This document shows positions 63,155-64,000 of a DNA stretch of 64,000 nucleotides, in pieces. Below the pieces are notes generated by a model, which worked only from the letters and a program-made list of their open reading frames with translations, was not told the DNA's origin and searched no databases. This DNA is from Escherichia phage JLBYU50, in sequence record OK272470.1. One strand, given 5' to 3'. Both the position numbers and the translations under genes were made by a program. Numbering within the stretch: the stretch's first letter is position 1; every line of letters starts with the position of its first letter.

Positions 63155-64000
63155 TTAAAGACTTTCAATAACTTGACGACGCAGTTCATTGGCATCTGCA
63201 AGATTATAATTAAGACGAACGTGTTCTGCAAGCATCATACCACGATCTTCTGTGTATCTAGGGTTCCTCATTAGCTTGACAACTTCATAATGCCAAGATG
63301 CTTTAGAGTCTGCATAGATAACAGCCTTTGCATCTACCGGATTGAAGTACGGCAGCACAGGAGAACAGATAATAGGAAGACCCTTTGCACCTGCTTCCAA
63401 AATCTTCAAATTGCTTTTACAGTTGTTGAAGTCATTATCTACCAGAGGAGCAATTGCAATACTGTGACCGTCATACACAGACATATACTCACCTAAATTT
63501 TTAATAGCTGGTTTATACTGTGCATTTGGAATTTTACGTTTTACTTTAACCCACTCCGCAGTAGTTAGATACTGACTATTATTTCCAACAGGTGCAGAAG
63601 GATACACTTCATACCCTGCAATTGTCAATAGTGTATCATCAAATGTATTAGCTACAAGAGATAAATCAGGCTCATGGCTTGCTCCTCCAGCCCAAACAAT
63701 AGGCGTGTCAGAATAACGGTCTTTTGTTAAAGTAAATTGACCTTCGTCGTAAGGCAGTGCGTTTCTAATAACGACAACATTACGATTTAAATGACGAATT
63801 TTGTAAGCTAGGTATTCTGTTGTTACTGTAACAACATCTGCTAACTTAACCATCTCTACAATAGTCTTTGAGTGATTAGTAAATACGCCAGCCATATAAT
63901 GTTCAGGATTAAGCGAATAAAAATCATCTAAATCAACAATAATCTTAACACCTTGTGCCTTCAGGCGTTTAACTTCGTCTGATCCACGAGAATACACTCT
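63155..64000 (-). CDS. GT-B fold glycosyltransferase-like protein (paralog 2; N-terminus beyond window edge)
   Basis: shares LPYDEGQFTLTKDRYS..WAG, YDGH.I.IAPLV.N.FNN.KSNLKILEAGAKGLP with paralog 1; alignment implies about 35 residues lie beyond position 64000. Confidence 0.5.
   Translation of the reverse strand, partial: RVYSRGSDEVKRLKAQGVKIIVDLDDFYSLNPEHYMAGVFTNHSKTIVEMVKLADVVTVTTEYLAYKIRHLNRNVVVIRNALPYDEGQFTLTKDRYSDTPIVWAGGASHEPDLSLVANTFDDTLLTIAGYEVYPSAPVGNNSQYLTTAEWVKVKRKIPNAQYKPAIKNLGEYMSVYDGHSIAIAPLVDNDFNNCKSNLKILEAGAKGLPIICSPVLPYFNPVDAKAVIYADSKASWHYEVVKLMRNPRYTEDRGMMLAEHVRLNYNLADANELRRQVIESL

Noticed and set aside
1-64000. Prophage or mobile-element boundary features (integrase, transposase, attL/attR direct repeats, host tRNA integration site)
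   Set aside because: No recombinase-like ORF and no flanking direct repeats were found; the tRNA array is phage-internal with phage-style promoters, so the window is interpreted as internal to a virulent phage genome.

Overview
The window reads as one contiguous stretch of a large virulent tailed dsDNA phage genome with a contractile-tail (myovirus-type) structural module. I saw no host housekeeping genes, integrase, att-like repeats or CRISPR array. All calls are by eye from the sequence and ORF track (motifs, RBS/promoter/terminator patterns, gene order); no database search was run. Layout: (1) 1-7584, minus-strand auxiliary module with an ATP-dependent ligase and a three-gene RNA-healing set (P-loop kinase, Rnl1-like RNA ligase, metallophosphoesterase); (2) 7585-7993, AT-rich divergent control region; (3) 7994-10692, Prs-like plus Nampt-family gene pair (NAD+ salvage/reconstitution), the best candidate for the interesting system here; (4) 11439-14182, array of about 19 tRNA or tRNA-like genes, several non-canonical; (5) 14.3-16.0 kb, small proteins and an overlapping Rz/Rz1-type spanin pair; (6) 15983-53716, packaging, head and tail genes, including a large terminase interrupted by a mini-intein in its P-loop, a -1 frameshift tail chaperone, tape measure, two beta-helix depolymerase-type tailspikes, a collagen-like fibre and an Ig-like/esterase-like fibre; (7) 53752-64000, minus-strand replication module: N6-adenine methyltransferase, SSB, a small Pol-beta-type nucleotidyltransferase, family A DNA polymerase, primase-helicase and two tandem GT-B glycosyltransferase paralogs (the last runs off the window). 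The organisation (Nampt + Prs, big tRNA array, Pol A, primase-helicase) resembles Felix O1-like phages as I recall them; that is unverified.
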